A stretch of 64,000 bases of DNA, from positions 2,083,980 through 2,147,979 of the forward strand of contig NZ_CP195792.1 in the NCBI RefSeq assembly GCF_051466325.1, in the 5' to 3' direction. This stretch comes from Planctomicrobium sp. SH664 (GTDB taxonomy: Bacteria > Planctomycetota > Planctomycetia > Planctomycetales > Planctomycetaceae). Shown piece after piece: positions 50,600 to 61,158 of this stretch; the first letter of the stretch is position 1; each line of letters begins with the position of its first letter. A model generated the notes under the pieces. It had not been told where the DNA came from. It did not search any database and saw only the letters and a list, made by a program, of their open reading frames with translations. The translations under genes were made by a program, and so were the position numbers.

Positions 50600-53500
50600 T
50601 CAGCGGACGGATCTGCGGCATCGAATGTCCAGCCGGATCGGAATCGCACGGGCCACCACCTCGTCGTGCTGAAACGTGATCGCCGTGCTGAGAGAATCGT
50701 TCGCCTTGATGATCGGTCCCGTCAGGGGAGGACGAATCCGGATTCCTCCCGGCGGGACGTGATCGAGACCGGACACCTCGACTTCGATCTGCCTAGGTGA
50801 CGGTGAACGGAGTTTGAGATTCAACGGTCCCCAGCGTGTCGGCAGCTGCTGCACCGAGACCCCCTCCGAAGACTGCAACCAGTCACCCGGAATTCCCGCG
50901 CCGACGATCAGGGCCTCGCTGACCGGACATTCATACGCCAACAGGGACGTGAACGATAGCATGAATTCCGCTCCAATCCACGTATGCGGCAGGTCACCGA
51001 GGTGACCGGGAGTCCGTCTTTTGCGCCACGAGATCTCGGGCCATTGGTTCCACTGTCGGGGACGACGGTCATTGAGATAAAACTGCAGGAGTTCCACCGC
51101 TTCGTTACGCATCCCCAGCCGCACCAGGGCGCCGATGATCCTTATTTCATATGCGGAGTAATTCTTCCACGGAAACTCTCCATCGCGTCGACGCCGAAGA
51201 TCGCTCACAAACAGTTCAAACATCGCCCGCAAGGGAGCTGGGGGCAGGAGTGCGGTTCCGGCAATTTCGATGGCGTTGGCGGTCGCTGTCGGATCGTAAT
51301 CGGCCCACTCCACTGATCCGGGAACGTAGTCGAGTCCTTTGTCCGCGATGACCAGTTCGAGAGATTCCGTCAACGACCTTTCCAGATCGGCCGCCTGTTC
51401 TCTCCAGCGCTGCGAGTCGGTGTGACTGTCGAGTTCAATTGCAATGAGCACCGCATCACGCAATCCCCGGAGCGCCCAGAAGTCGTCCCAGTAAGAATGG
51501 ACAGGCTGCGCCAGATAGCCTTCATGACTCGCCGATTCCGGTAACAGTCCCCTGCAGGCGCGATGTTGCGGCTGCTGATATTCACTGGTCAGTCGCTGCT
51601 TCCTGAGTTTCGTGATGAAATCGGCCGCTTTGCGGACAAACGGCCAGAGCTCCCGCAGAAAGGCTCTGTCTCGCAAAAATCGGAAGACTTCTGCCACTCC
51701 GTAGATCAACTGGCCATGACTGTCATGTTCCACCAGCCAGTCTGCCCCGTTGCGATCCACACAGCAGGGAACGAATCCATCCTCGCGCTGAAAGGGGGCA
51801 TACCATCGCAAAAAGTTGGCGAAAGCATCCTGGTCACCGCTGCGCAGGAGTGCGGTCCCCATGATGACACCGTCCCGAATCCACGAACGTGTGTAGCGGC
51901 GGGGCCCCGGTTGAATCGCGTTGCCATCCCGGTTGATGAGCATCTGCCCGGCGGCTGTCTGGAATGTTTCCGCTGCTGCCACGCCCAGAGCGGTCGGGAG
52001 TCGAAACTCGACGGAGCCTGTACGCTGCTGGAGAACCCGCACCGCTGACGCATAAGCCTCTCCGCCATTCGTCGCTGCGAGCTCTTTCAATTCGTCACGG
52101 GTCAGGCGACCTGCATTGCCGAAGGGGATAGAGAGAAAAAACTCCTGTTCAGCATTTCCCGCGAGTGAAACGTCATAGCGCAGGGCTCCCATCCCCAATC
52201 CCGATTGATCGCGGATTGAGGTTGCTGCAGGAAGCTCCCCTTCTGCCAGACGGGCGGTGATGACCTCCTGCTCCAGAGTGCAGGCACCAAAACCGTCAGG
52301 TGGTGAGTGAGGCACAACAACCTTCTGCTGGTTGATTCGGACGACTCCTCGCCTCCAATCAAGTTCATGAATCGGACCGATTCCGCCGATCGACTGCCAA
52401 TGTTGCCACGGGGGGCTGACCTGATGCGGCCGCAACGCCAGAAACAACTTCGCATTGATGGTTCGCGACGTTCTGTTGCGGAGGCGGTAAAGCAGGTGAG
52501 CAATCGAGTTGTCCCCTTCACCGGTGGCAAACAGCGTGATGCCCAGCTCCCATTGTTCCGAACGCCAGAGAACGGTCGGAATGGGAAGTCGCTTTTCAGC
52601 CAGTCGAACTGATCTGCGGACCTGTGCCCAACTGATGAGTTGCTTGCCCATATACAGGAATGGCTCAATCGAGAATGATCCCCGGTCCGGTTCGGCGAGG
52701 CCATCTTCATTGAGCAGCGCACAGGTGTTGCCATCGGGGACCCCGGTGCAGGTCCAGTAACTCTGTTCGCGTAGCAGCGGTCGGGGAAACCAGCCGCGCG
52801 GAGAGCGTTTTGCAATCGCGAACAGAAAGTCATCCGGGGTTCGCGAAAAGTCAAATGGCTGGATCTCGAGACGACGTATGGATGAAGGCTGCTGAAAACG
52901 GAGCCGCAGGTATCGCGATTCCCCACCGGTGAGCGGAAGATACGTCGTTTTTCCCAGTGCCTGATTGGTCTTTGTCAGTTTCCGCCATTGCTCGCCATCG
53001 TCCGAGGCATCGATGGAGACCGATCGTTTTTCGCTCCGCTGGCGCCAGTCGATCACAACCCCGCCATATTCCCGGACTCGATGGAAATCGAACTGCAGCC
53101 AGGGCTGCTGATCGGTGCTGGCGGGAGTCCAGCCACTCACTCCCTTGGCCGTGATGCGGACGCTGCGACGCAAGCCTGACGAGGCGGTCACGGTCGGGGG
53201 TTGCCGACTACTCCGGTTTTCATAACGGAGATCCTCGAGCCAGATGCTCCCCCGTCCGCCGGCAGTCGAACCGGCATTGAGCACAAACTCCAGACTTCCG
53301 AGCCAGCGCGGTGTCCCCCCGCCGTCAGGGCCCCAGGCGAATTCCAGCTGACGACTGCTCAGGTCAAGCGAGGTCCCTTCGGGGACAAATGGAAAGCTCT
53401 CCTGTTCCCAGCGCCACACATTTTCCCGGCTTCGGTCGGTGACTTTGAATTCCAGCTTGTAAGGGGCCGAATCTCCTCCAATCCGGAAGTGGAACGAGTA

Positions 53501-53692
53501 AGCGGGGGGAAGCGGCCGATCGAAGGCCCGCTGAAATCCGACAAACCCCGCCTCGCCGCGAAAGTCGAAATCCAGTCGCAGCCGACTTCCCGCCGACCCG
53601 GGTTCGCGATGCAACTCAACCTGAGCCTGTCCGGAAGCAAATGGGCTCCAGCCCGCGAGGGAAGAGAAGTCGTCGAGAATCCGGATGCTCAT
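50600..53692 (-). CDS. Large putative glycoside hydrolase: N-terminal discoidin (F5/8 type C)-like domain plus (alpha/alpha)6-barrel six-hairpin domain
   Basis: 1030 aa. The N-terminal half has an F5/8-C-like signature ending in ESRYLRLRF. The C-terminal half resembles six-hairpin glycosidases such as GH78, GH15 and GH63. Family assignment is uncertain. Confidence 0.55.
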   Translation of the reverse strand: MSIRILDDFSSLAGWSPFASGQAQVELHREPGSAGSRLRLDFDFRGEAGFVGFQRAFDRPLPPAYSFHFRIGGDSAPYKLEFKVTDRSRENVWRWEQESFPFVPEGTSLDLSSRQLEFAWGPDGGGTPRWLGSLEFVLNAGSTAGGRGSIWLEDLRYENRSSRQPPTVTASSGLRRSVRITAKGVSGWTPASTDQQPWLQFDFHRVREYGGVVIDWRQRSEKRSVSIDASDDGEQWRKLTKTNQALGKTTYLPLTGGESRYLRLRFQQPSSIRRLEIQPFDFSRTPDDFLFAIAKRSPRGWFPRPLLREQSYWTCTGVPDGNTCALLNEDGLAEPDRGSFSIEPFLYMGKQLISWAQVRRSVRLAEKRLPIPTVLWRSEQWELGITLFATGEGDNSIAHLLYRLRNRTSRTINAKLFLALRPHQVSPPWQHWQSIGGIGPIHELDWRRGVVRINQQKVVVPHSPPDGFGACTLEQEVITARLAEGELPAATSIRDQSGLGMGALRYDVSLAGNAEQEFFLSIPFGNAGRLTRDELKELAATNGGEAYASAVRVLQQRTGSVEFRLPTALGVAAAETFQTAAGQMLINRDGNAIQPGPRRYTRSWIRDGVIMGTALLRSGDQDAFANFLRWYAPFQREDGFVPCCVDRNGADWLVEHDSHGQLIYGVAEVFRFLRDRAFLRELWPFVRKAADFITKLRKQRLTSEYQQPQHRACRGLLPESASHEGYLAQPVHSYWDDFWALRGLRDAVLIAIELDSHTDSQRWREQAADLERSLTESLELVIADKGLDYVPGSVEWADYDPTATANAIEIAGTALLPPAPLRAMFELFVSDLRRRRDGEFPWKNYSAYEIRIIGALVRLGMRNEAVELLQFYLNDRRPRQWNQWPEISWRKRRTPGHLGDLPHTWIGAEFMLSFTSLLAYECPVSEALIVGAGIPGDWLQSSEGVSVQQLPTRWGPLNLKLRSPSPRQIEVEVSGLDHVPPGGIRIRPPLTGPIIKANDSLSTAITFQHDEVVARAIPIRLDIRCRRSVR

Positions 53693-53907
53693 GTCGCCTC
53701 TTCCTGTCGCCAGCCGCGCAAGATCTCACTCCGGCAGCTTAGGACGGAGATGCGGAAAGTCGAGTCCGAATGACTGCGGAGGAGACGGTGCCCGGTTTTC
53801 GAGAATTGAGGATTTCCCCAAAACAGAACCGCCGGCAGTGGAGGAATCGGTCAGCGGGGGAGTATGCTGTCGGGCTCATGACCCGTCCCGATTCCAGTAC
53901 CGCTCCC

Positions 53908-54675
53908 ATGTTGATTGATACCCACGCCCATCTCGATGAGCAGTCTTTTGAAGCCGATCTGACCGAAGTGCTCGAGCGGGCTCGCGCTCAGGGAGTGGAA
54001 TCGATCTTCACGATCGGAGTGACAAGGGAAAGCAGTCAGGCAGCCTTGCTCCTGGCGAAACAGCACCCGCAGCTGCGGGCAGTCGTGGGAATTCAGCCGA
54101 ACTATGTGGCCCAGGCCCGGGAAGACGATTTCGAGATCATCGCGGCACTCGCGAGCGATCCGCATGTTGTCGCTGTGGGAGAAACCGGCCTCGACCGCTA
54201 CTGGGATTCGTCCCCGATCGAGCTGCAGCGTGACTACTTCCACCGACACGTCGAGTTATCGCGGCAGGTGAACAAGCCGTTTATCGTGCATTGCCGCGAC
54301 GCGGATGAGGATGTCGTCGCGCTCCTGCAGGAAGAAGCGGGAAACGGACCGCTCGTCGGTGTGATGCACTCCTTTTGCGGAAGTCTCGAAACCGCCGAAG
54401 CCTGCCTGCAGCTGGGGCTGATGATCTCCTTTGCAGGAATGTTGACTTTTAAAAGCAATCAGCAGCTGCGCGACGTCGCCAAAGCGATTCCACTGGACCG
54501 GCTGCTGGTCGAAACCGACTCTCCCTATCTGGCCCCCGTTCCGATGCGCGGGAAACGCAATGAGCCGGCCCATGTGGTGCACACCGCCCGGTGCCTCGCG
54601 GAAGTGCATGGAATGGCATTGGAAGATCTGGCACGTCAGACCACCGCGAACACGCGCCGACTTTTTGGTCTGTAG
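53908..54675 (+). CDS. tatD: TatD-family metal-dependent hydrolase / DNase
   Basis: MLIDTHAHLDE and GETGLDRYW motifs. Start set at the internal ATG of ORF 53770..54675. Confidence 0.85.
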   Translation: MLIDTHAHLDEQSFEADLTEVLERARAQGVESIFTIGVTRESSQAALLLAKQHPQLRAVVGIQPNYVAQAREDDFEIIAALASDPHVVAVGETGLDRYWDSSPIELQRDYFHRHVELSRQVNKPFIVHCRDADEDVVALLQEEAGNGPLVGVMHSFCGSLETAEACLQLGLMISFAGMLTFKSNQQLRDVAKAIPLDRLLVETDSPYLAPVPMRGKRNEPAHVVHTARCLAEVHGMALEDLARQTTANTRRLFGL

Positions 54676-54740
54676 AACCTGGGGTCGTTCTCTTTGAACG
54701 AGAGAGCGTGGACATTCAGTCTGGTGCAAAATTCACTTTT

Positions 54741-54770
54741 CCTTGAGACTGGGTTGATCTCAAGGAGTAG
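54741..54770 (+). promoter_or_regulatory. Inverted repeat that sequesters the ribosome-binding site of the IS5-like transposase ORF
   Basis: CCTTGAGA (54741-54748) and TCTCAAGG (54758-54765) form a perfect 8-bp inverted repeat. The right arm overlaps the AAGGAG Shine-Dalgarno sequence, 9 nt upstream of the ATG at 54776. Confidence 0.45.
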
Positions 54771-54775
54771 AATCA

Positions 54776-55110
54776 TGAGTCGTCGCCGCCACGAACTGAC
54801 GGATGCTCAGTGGGAGTAGGTCAAGGACCTGTTGCCCGGAAAAGAGAGCGACCCCGGTCGGACTGCGGCCGACAATCGGCTGTTTCTGGATGCGGTGATT
54901 GATGTCTTGAAGACAGGCATTCCCTGGTCGGACCTACCGGCCCGCTACGGCAAGCCCAACACCGTCTGGAAACGATTTGATCGCTGGTGTGCTAACGGAA
55001 TCTGGGAGAAGCTGTCCAAGGCCTGATCCGATCCCGATCTGGAGGAGTTTCATCTGGATTCCAGCAGTGTCAAAGCCCATCTGGCTCGCAGCCATGATCA
55101 CAGGGGCGTT
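54776..55110 (+). pseudogene. IS5-family transposase remnant (DUF4096 N-terminal domain plus start of DDE domain), disrupted
   Basis: MSRRRHELTDAQWE is followed by an in-frame TAG. DUF4096-like [33 protein letters not shown] follows. After a frame change, HLDSSSVKAHLARSHDHRG matches the start of the IS5/IS427 DDE domain. The ORF is truncated soon after. Confidence 0.6.
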
Positions 55111-55225
55111 TTGAATGTCCGTACCACCTAGACGTCATCGCGTCGCTGACGCGTTATTTGGGCACGAGAGAGCATTCCCCCCCAAGGCCCCCGTCAGTTG
55201 GCACCGACGTCACCTAGTCCCGATG

Positions 55226-55693
55226 TCACGGGTCCGAATGTTCCAACGAATCCCAAGAGTCCAGAAGCAGCTGGCTGGGCCATTTGTGTGTCATTGGATA
55301 GGGTCTGCGCTCAAGGTCCCATGAGAGACCACAAAGAATTCCGACAACGTCAGCGCTTGCGACGTGGATGAGTTTCTCGCCCGAATACGGCGGACGCCTT
55401 CTTCCCTGTGCGTCCACGGACTCACTCATACGCGAATATTCCCGAAAAGCATCTCGTATCCGAATGCGATCATCAGGGTTCAGCAAACCTTGCGATCTCC
55501 AAGTGAAACCCTGGTGCCAGGCCCAACGGTTCCCGCCATGGATCTCAGCGATCAGCTTCTCAATGCGATCTTGTCTCACTGTTTGGCGAAAACAGACAAA
55601 GCACAGAACCGATAAGACGATTGCAATGGACGCGACGGCCCATGGCTGTCGCTGAAGCATGCGACAAGCGTCGCCCCAGTGAATCCCTGTCAT
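55226..55693 (-). CDS. Hypothetical small membrane protein inside the IS remnant zone
   Basis: 155-aa ORF with one predicted transmembrane helix (WAVASIAIVLSVLCFVCF) in a lower-GC stretch. It may not be a real gene. Confidence 0.25.
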   Translation of the reverse strand: MTGIHWGDACRMLQRQPWAVASIAIVLSVLCFVCFRQTVRQDRIEKLIAEIHGGNRWAWHQGFTWRSQGLLNPDDRIRIRDAFREYSRMSESVDAQGRRRPPYSGEKLIHVASADVVGILCGLSWDLERRPYPMTHKWPSQLLLDSWDSLEHSDP

Positions 55694-55899
55694 AGAAGCA
55701 CACTCGCAAAGCGAATTCTTTCAATGACACATTGTCGACTGAATTCGCTTGCGCTGTCAAGAACTCACGCGGTTCAGGAGAGTGCTGAGCCTCTAAAACT
55801 GCAGCAATCGGGGCTCGCTTCTCCGACCGCCGCAACCGTGCGTGGTGACGAACTTGGAACCGTGCCCAGAACAGGCGTGAGAGAAAAGCAGACGACGGC

Positions 55900-56213
55900 G
55901 TTCCGTCACGGATGAGTGGTGGGCACCGGCAAACACCCGCTGCGCCAACCAGACACCGTTCAGGACATGGTCCGCACGTCACGGAACGCAGTTCCTGGCT
56001 GAACGTGATTGAACAGTGGCTATAGGACATCACCCAGAACCGGATTCGTCACGGCGTGTTCAACAGCGTTGAGCAACTGCAAGCAGCCATCAAGCAGTAC
56101 ATCGACCACCACAATGCGAATCCAAAGTCGTTCGTTTGGACGAAGAAGGCCGAGGAGATCCTCGAAAAAGTCGCCCGAGCCAGGAAAGCCCTGAATAACA
56201 TCCCATCTGTGTG
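55900..56213 (+). mobile_element. IS630 (Tc1/mariner) family transposase C-terminal fragment
   Basis: After a stop, translation gives WLNVIEQWL and then DITQNRIRHGVFNSVEQLQAAIKQYIDHHNANPKSFVWTKKAEEILEKVARARKALNNI. This matches the conserved IS630 transposase tail. There is no upstream DDE core. Confidence 0.55.
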
Positions 56214-56281
56214 AGACACGACACTCGCGCCCTGTGCGTTGGTGAGGTAACCTGCGTCATCTCAACTTTCAGGAAGGTGAT

Positions 56282-57024
56282 GATGCAGCCCTATTCGAAG
56301 GAGTTCAGAGGTGACGTCCTGGCTGTCCGCGATGCCGGGGGCGGGATGTGAGAGGTCTCGCTGAAGTTCAAGGTCTGCGAGTCGTGGGACCGCCGCATCG
56401 AGCAGGAACGATGGGAGCAGAACAAGACAGCCCCTTGCCTGACCCGCAAACGAACCCCACGTTGGCCTGATGCCGATCGACAGCGGGCCCTCTGGAAATT
56501 GATGCAGTCAGGACTGGACCCCGACAAGCTCGTTTTGCTCGATGAAACCTGTGGGAAAACCAACATGCCCCGTCCTCGTGGTCGGACGCCCAGGGGGGAG
56601 CGACTGCTTTGTCATACTCCTCACGGACACTGGAAAACCACGACGACCCTTGCAGGCTTAAGGCTGAGCGGCCTGACTGCTCCGCTGGTGATTGAAGGAG
56701 CGGTGAATGGTGCGGTCTTTGTGAACTGCGTCCGCCAGCACCGGTCTCCAACGCGGGGGGCATGTGGCATCCTGATCATGGACAACCTCTTCTGCCACAA
56801 GGTTGCAGGTGTGCGGGAAGCGGTCGAGGCTCGGGCGCACACGTGGTGTCTCTACCTCCCGACAGCCCGGATTTCAATCCGATCGAGCTGGTGATTTCCA
56901 GGTTCAAATGGTTGGTGCGGAGTGCGTGGAGTCGTTGTGGGAGACCTGCGGCCAGTTGCTCGACAAGTTCACTGCCACAGAATGTGCAAATGACATCCGA
57001 CACTGTGGGTACCGCGACGCGTAA
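56282..57024 (+). pseudogene. IS630-family transposase, internally deleted and frameshifted
   Basis: The N-terminus MQPYSKEFRGDVLAVRDAGGG ends at an in-frame TGA. The DDE core LVLLDETCGKTNMPRPRGRTPRGERLLCHTPHGHWKTTT...IMDNL follows. A +1 frameshift then leads to SLPPDSPDFNPIELV...ECANDIRHCGYRDA. Confidence 0.75.
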
Positions 57025-57036
57025 ATGAGATGTGCG

Positions 57037-57846
57037 CTAGCGCGGAGTAAACTGGAAGCGTGTTGACTGCGAAAAGAATTCCAGGGGATTGCGGTAGACG
57101 ATCTTCTGAATTTTTTCGTCGCTGTGACCCCGGCGACGCATCTCCTGAATGAAATCAGGGACCGCCAGCGGATTGGAAGGCCCCCAGTCTCCTGCGGAGT
57201 TGACCATGATCCGGTCATCTCCATATTGCTCGATGATGTCGGCTGCCCGTGCCGGCGTGCATTTGGTGGTGGGATAAAGAGTCATCCCGCACCAGAATCC
57301 CGCCTCTTTCGCCAGGCGAACGGTGTGCTCCTCCACGTGATCGATGCAGACCCGTTCCGGCTGCAGGTCTCCGCGCTCCTGCAGCATATCGATGATCATC
57401 CGGGTCCCTTTGTATTTGTCCTGCAGATGCGGCGTGTGTATCAGAACGAGTTCATTCGTCTTCGCAGCCAGATCCAGATGCTCGCGAAAGATGGTCGACT
57501 CATTCGGGGTATTTTTGTTGAGCCCGATCTCGCCGATTCCCAGTACGCCAGGTCGATCCAGGAACTCGGGAATCATCGCGATCACTTCCCGCGCCAGCGG
57601 AATGTTCTCCGCTTCTTTGGCGTTGATACACAGCCAGGTGTAGTGCTGAATACCGCTCCATCCGGCCCGTTTCGGTTCGAACTCTGTCAGTTGCCGAAAG
57701 TAATCCCGAAAGCCATCGACCGTTCCCCGATCGAATCCGGCCCAGAACGCCGGCTCGCTGACGGCAACGCATCCCATGCGCACCATGCGTTCGTAGTCGT
57801 CGGTCGTACGGGAAACCATATGGACATGCGGATCGATGTAATTCAT
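57037..57846 (-). CDS. TatD-related TIM-barrel metal-dependent hydrolase
   Basis: IDPHVHM metal-binding start and a GIGEIGLN motif. 269 aa. A distinct subfamily from the TatD gene at 53908. Confidence 0.65.
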   Translation of the reverse strand: MNYIDPHVHMVSRTTDDYERMVRMGCVAVSEPAFWAGFDRGTVDGFRDYFRQLTEFEPKRAGWSGIQHYTWLCINAKEAENIPLAREVIAMIPEFLDRPGVLGIGEIGLNKNTPNESTIFREHLDLAAKTNELVLIHTPHLQDKYKGTRMIIDMLQERGDLQPERVCIDHVEEHTVRLAKEAGFWCGMTLYPTTKCTPARAADIIEQYGDDRIMVNSAGDWGPSNPLAVPDFIQEMRRRGHSDEKIQKIVYRNPLEFFSQSTRFQFTPR

Positions 57847-59088
57847 GGTGTCGAACGTGTCTCGGATTCATTCACGGACAAAGATGGCAGCCTGCCGAGG
57901 TGTCGAATACGGCATTCAGACGCGTAATTCAAGAGATCCTCACGCGACGTCGGCGGCCTCTTTGCAGTGTATCGCTTCAGACGAATCAATTCAGCTGCAT
58001 GAGCACGAGACTCTCGCTCGACGAGAGCATTTTCAGGGTTCGATTCCCGCCATACCGAGTTGTGCTGCTCATCAGAGGGAACTCGCGATGCGCAGGGCTA
58101 TTAAGACAGCCTGCCACGCCGGTCACGTACCCGGTTGACGGTAAGCAAACAGACTGCTGCCAGCGCAGGGAGCGCGAATCTGTTCCGGACTTCGAATTGA
58201 GTTCGGCCGGGAGATCGTCCATCCCTTGAAGCGGCGGAGACGAGGAGCAGATTGCCCCGGACGTCTCTACGTCCGGCAGACCCGTTTTTCGCCGAGAACC
58301 TTGCCCACAGGAGATCCGGCCCACAGAGAAGCGAGACGTTCAATTGCGGTGGTCTTGTCGATCGTGGAGCCGACACAGGCGGCGTGCTGGCGCTGTTCGA
58401 CGAGCTCGGCCAGCCTGCGGTCGACATCTGTACGCTGACTTCTCACGGCTCGTCGCAAAACAACCCGCATCGCCACTTCAGCTGATTTAACACTCAGTTC
58501 TCTCATGAGAACTATTCCTTGTGAGACCAGCTCCAGCACCCACACAATGTGACCAGACTCCGTCACACGGTTTTCAGGAAGGAGGAGACGGTTGACCTTG
58601 TGAACGCGGGAAATTCGTGAAAGGAATTCCCACCTCAGGTGCTCCATCATTCAGCTTACGGTGTGCGATCAGACTTGACCGACGAAGCAAGCCAGGATTC
58701 ACAGCAGATCGGCCACCCTTACTGGATTGCACGGATTGCAATGACCCCAACGACCGGCCCAAGATTCAAAATTGAACATTGACTGGCCGCGAATTTGATT
58801 CCGGCCTTTCACAGAGGGTTGCCCATCCGGAAAGGGTTACAGGAATCAAAATTTCAGTCTTTCTACAGCATCAGAACCTCCAGAACGCCCCCGGCATCCC
58901 CCCCGCGGCGCACGGAATGATCATCTGAGCAGCAGCGGACATCTGCCAGTCGTCCCGACCGCTGCAAATCGGCCAAGATTTTAAAAGAATTTTGCGCGTT
59001 GCAAAGTGCTGCGACAATGAACTTTAACGTACCTCGTCAGCGAACGATTTTGCAGCAATCTCCAAGTTCACGGGTGAAAGAATGCGCA

Positions 59089-59676
59089 TCAATTGAGCTC
59101 AAAGAGTGACTGGGTTCTGAGAACCGCCAAGTCGTCCGGGAAAGTGTGGAAAGTGTGTACAACAAGCATCTTCTCACTCCCTTCCACCTGCACCAGACTC
59201 AGGGGCCCGGCCAATAGCCGATGCGGCGAGGGAAACTGATACGAGACAAAAGCCCGTGCCGCCTCCCGCTCCAGTTCCATCTGAACGCGGGTAAACACGC
59301 CGAACTCGACCGTATCGACCTGCCCTGCAAAGTGATACGGGACCGGTGTCTTCGACTCGAACAGCAGCTCCTCATTGTCACGAAAAAAGTAGGTCTGCTG
59401 CAATCCGTAAGTCGACAGAACCTGCGAATCCGGTGCAGTCACTTCAACCACGCTCTTCCCGTCCACAGTCATCTGCAGATAATGGCCCCCTTGACACAAT
59501 CCCAGACTGGCCTGGTACCGGTCTGTCCGAATCCGTCCCACGACCGCGGGGCTGAAGAGTTCCGGGTGCAGCGGACGCTCGAAGAAGCGGTAAGATGTTT
59601 CCGCGATACTTGGTCGCAATGATTTCGTGGGCATGGGGAGGGACACCTTCTCTGGAGGTCGATCAAAGTTCGTCAC
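59089..59676 (-). CDS. Hypothetical protein
   Basis: 195-aa ORF with moderate GC3 bias and no signal peptide. No recognisable domain. Confidence 0.4.
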   Translation of the reverse strand: MTNFDRPPEKVSLPMPTKSLRPSIAETSYRFFERPLHPELFSPAVVGRIRTDRYQASLGLCQGGHYLQMTVDGKSVVEVTAPDSQVLSTYGLQQTYFFRDNEELLFESKTPVPYHFAGQVDTVEFGVFTRVQMELEREAARAFVSYQFPSPHRLLAGPLSLVQVEGSEKMLVVHTFHTFPDDLAVLRTQSLFELN

Positions 59677-59997
59677 GTCCCGTCAGTTGCTCTCAAGTAT
59701 AGGCCTCCTCCAGACAGCTTCGAAGTGGCAACCCGTCGACTTTCGGTAACTCGGACCGATTTCGCAAATCGGTGTTCGGCCGGCTTGCAAATGGTCGAGC
59801 TCCGGCTCCCTGGCAACTCCGCCGCAACGGCTGCCACGGCATGGTCGAGCGGAGAACTCGACCCGAACCAGCCTTTTTCGGCAACGCCTGCCGAAGATCC
59901 CCCTGTTGGGACACTCCCCGTCCGACCCGGATTGACCCTCACTCTCCCGCCTCCTAGAAGACGATGATTCTGCCTTCCTCTGGATCGTCGACCGACC

Positions 59998-60828
59998 ATG
60001 TTTTCCGGACCGCGACTGACAATGCGATGCCTGCTCGTCTGTCTCGTCCTCGGGGGGGCCGGATGCCCGCTCTGGACAGCGGATGTCGGCACGCAGATTG
60101 TCCGCAAGTCGCCACTCCCCCCGATTCTGGCCCCTCGGGAAGCGATCGAACTGGAAGTCTACTTTGTCGACCGCCCCATCGGTGATCCCCTCATCGGGGA
60201 AGGACTGTGGTCGTCGCTGATTGCGATCTCATCGGTCACACCAGCGGTCCGGGAGAGTCTGACGGCGGATGGCTTTCGATTTGCGCTCAGCCCATCCCGC
60301 CCGCCCCGGCCCTTGCAATCCCTGATGGAAATGTCACGTCGCGGTGGAACGTACGCTCGGGCTTCGGTCCGCCGGTACACGGTGCAGACAGGGCAGGAAA
60401 CTCTTCTCGTCGCCAGTGAGGTTCCGAATGGTACCCCGCTCGTCCGCCGGGGCAGCGAGGGGGTGCAGACCGTGGAACTGAATTCCGGCAAATGCATTTT
60501 GCGAATCCAGGCAGATCGGATTGAGGATGGCTGGTCCAAGCTGGTGATGATCCCGGAGATTCACCACGGAGAGGACATGCTTCGGCCACAAGCGAACGAT
60601 CTGGACTGGACGTACCAGCAGGGGCAGCGAAAGCTCACGTTTCACGAAGATCGACTCTCCGCCGAAGTAAACACCGGGGAGATGCTGGTGATCGGCCTGA
60701 ATCCCGATTCGCCCGATGCCTTGGCTTCTCACTTCTTTCGAAGCGATGTTTCACAGGGAATGGAGCGGTTGGTTCTCATTCGTGTGGCCGACATGCGTAA
60801 AATCGAAGGAGTACGCACCGGGGAATAA
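59998..60828 (+). CDS. Hypothetical lipoprotein
   Basis: Signal and lipobox MRCLLVCLVLGGAGC. 276 aa. No recognisable domain. Divergent from the 59089..59676 gene. Confidence 0.45.
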   Translation: MFSGPRLTMRCLLVCLVLGGAGCPLWTADVGTQIVRKSPLPPILAPREAIELEVYFVDRPIGDPLIGEGLWSSLIAISSVTPAVRESLTADGFRFALSPSRPPRPLQSLMEMSRRGGTYARASVRRYTVQTGQETLLVASEVPNGTPLVRRGSEGVQTVELNSGKCILRIQADRIEDGWSKLVMIPEIHHGEDMLRPQANDLDWTYQQGQRKLTFHEDRLSAEVNTGEMLVIGLNPDSPDALASHFFRSDVSQGMERLVLIRVADMRKIEGVRTGE

Positions 60829-61158
60829 TTCAGGTCTTTCCCGCCGTGCCAAGGCTCGATCGCTGTCCCCGCCACCCGGTTGTCCCCTTCGACGATCTGG
60901 CTTGCTTTCACACTGTCGGCACGATCACTGAAACCTGCCACCGTTGCCTCCAGGAACTTCCCAAGTTTGGCATCGGCTTGCCGATCTTCGGAAACGTCAG
61001 GAAAGCCTCGTACGGCATCCCCCGACATCACGATAATCGTCAGGGACGCCCGGCAACCATCAGCGACGAGCGATCCGGGATGGCGTTCCCCGGTCGAAGT
61101 TCGACCCGCCGTTTACCAGGGACCGGCAGTGTTCGACCGCTTCTGTGAGGAAGAACGG

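Noticed and set aside
55560-56033. 157-aa minus-strand ORF overlapping the IS630 tail fragment
   Set aside because: It overlaps decayed transposase sequence on the opposite strand and its translation is cysteine- and arginine-rich low-complexity. Likely spurious.
58267-58650. 127-aa minus-strand ORF in the low-GC stretch
   Set aside because: Codon third-position composition is mixed and its 5' half is AT-rich non-coding-like sequence containing the AGTTCTC-TCAT-GAGAACT hairpin. No homolog recognised. It is treated as part of the possibly regulatory or ncRNA region rather than a gene.
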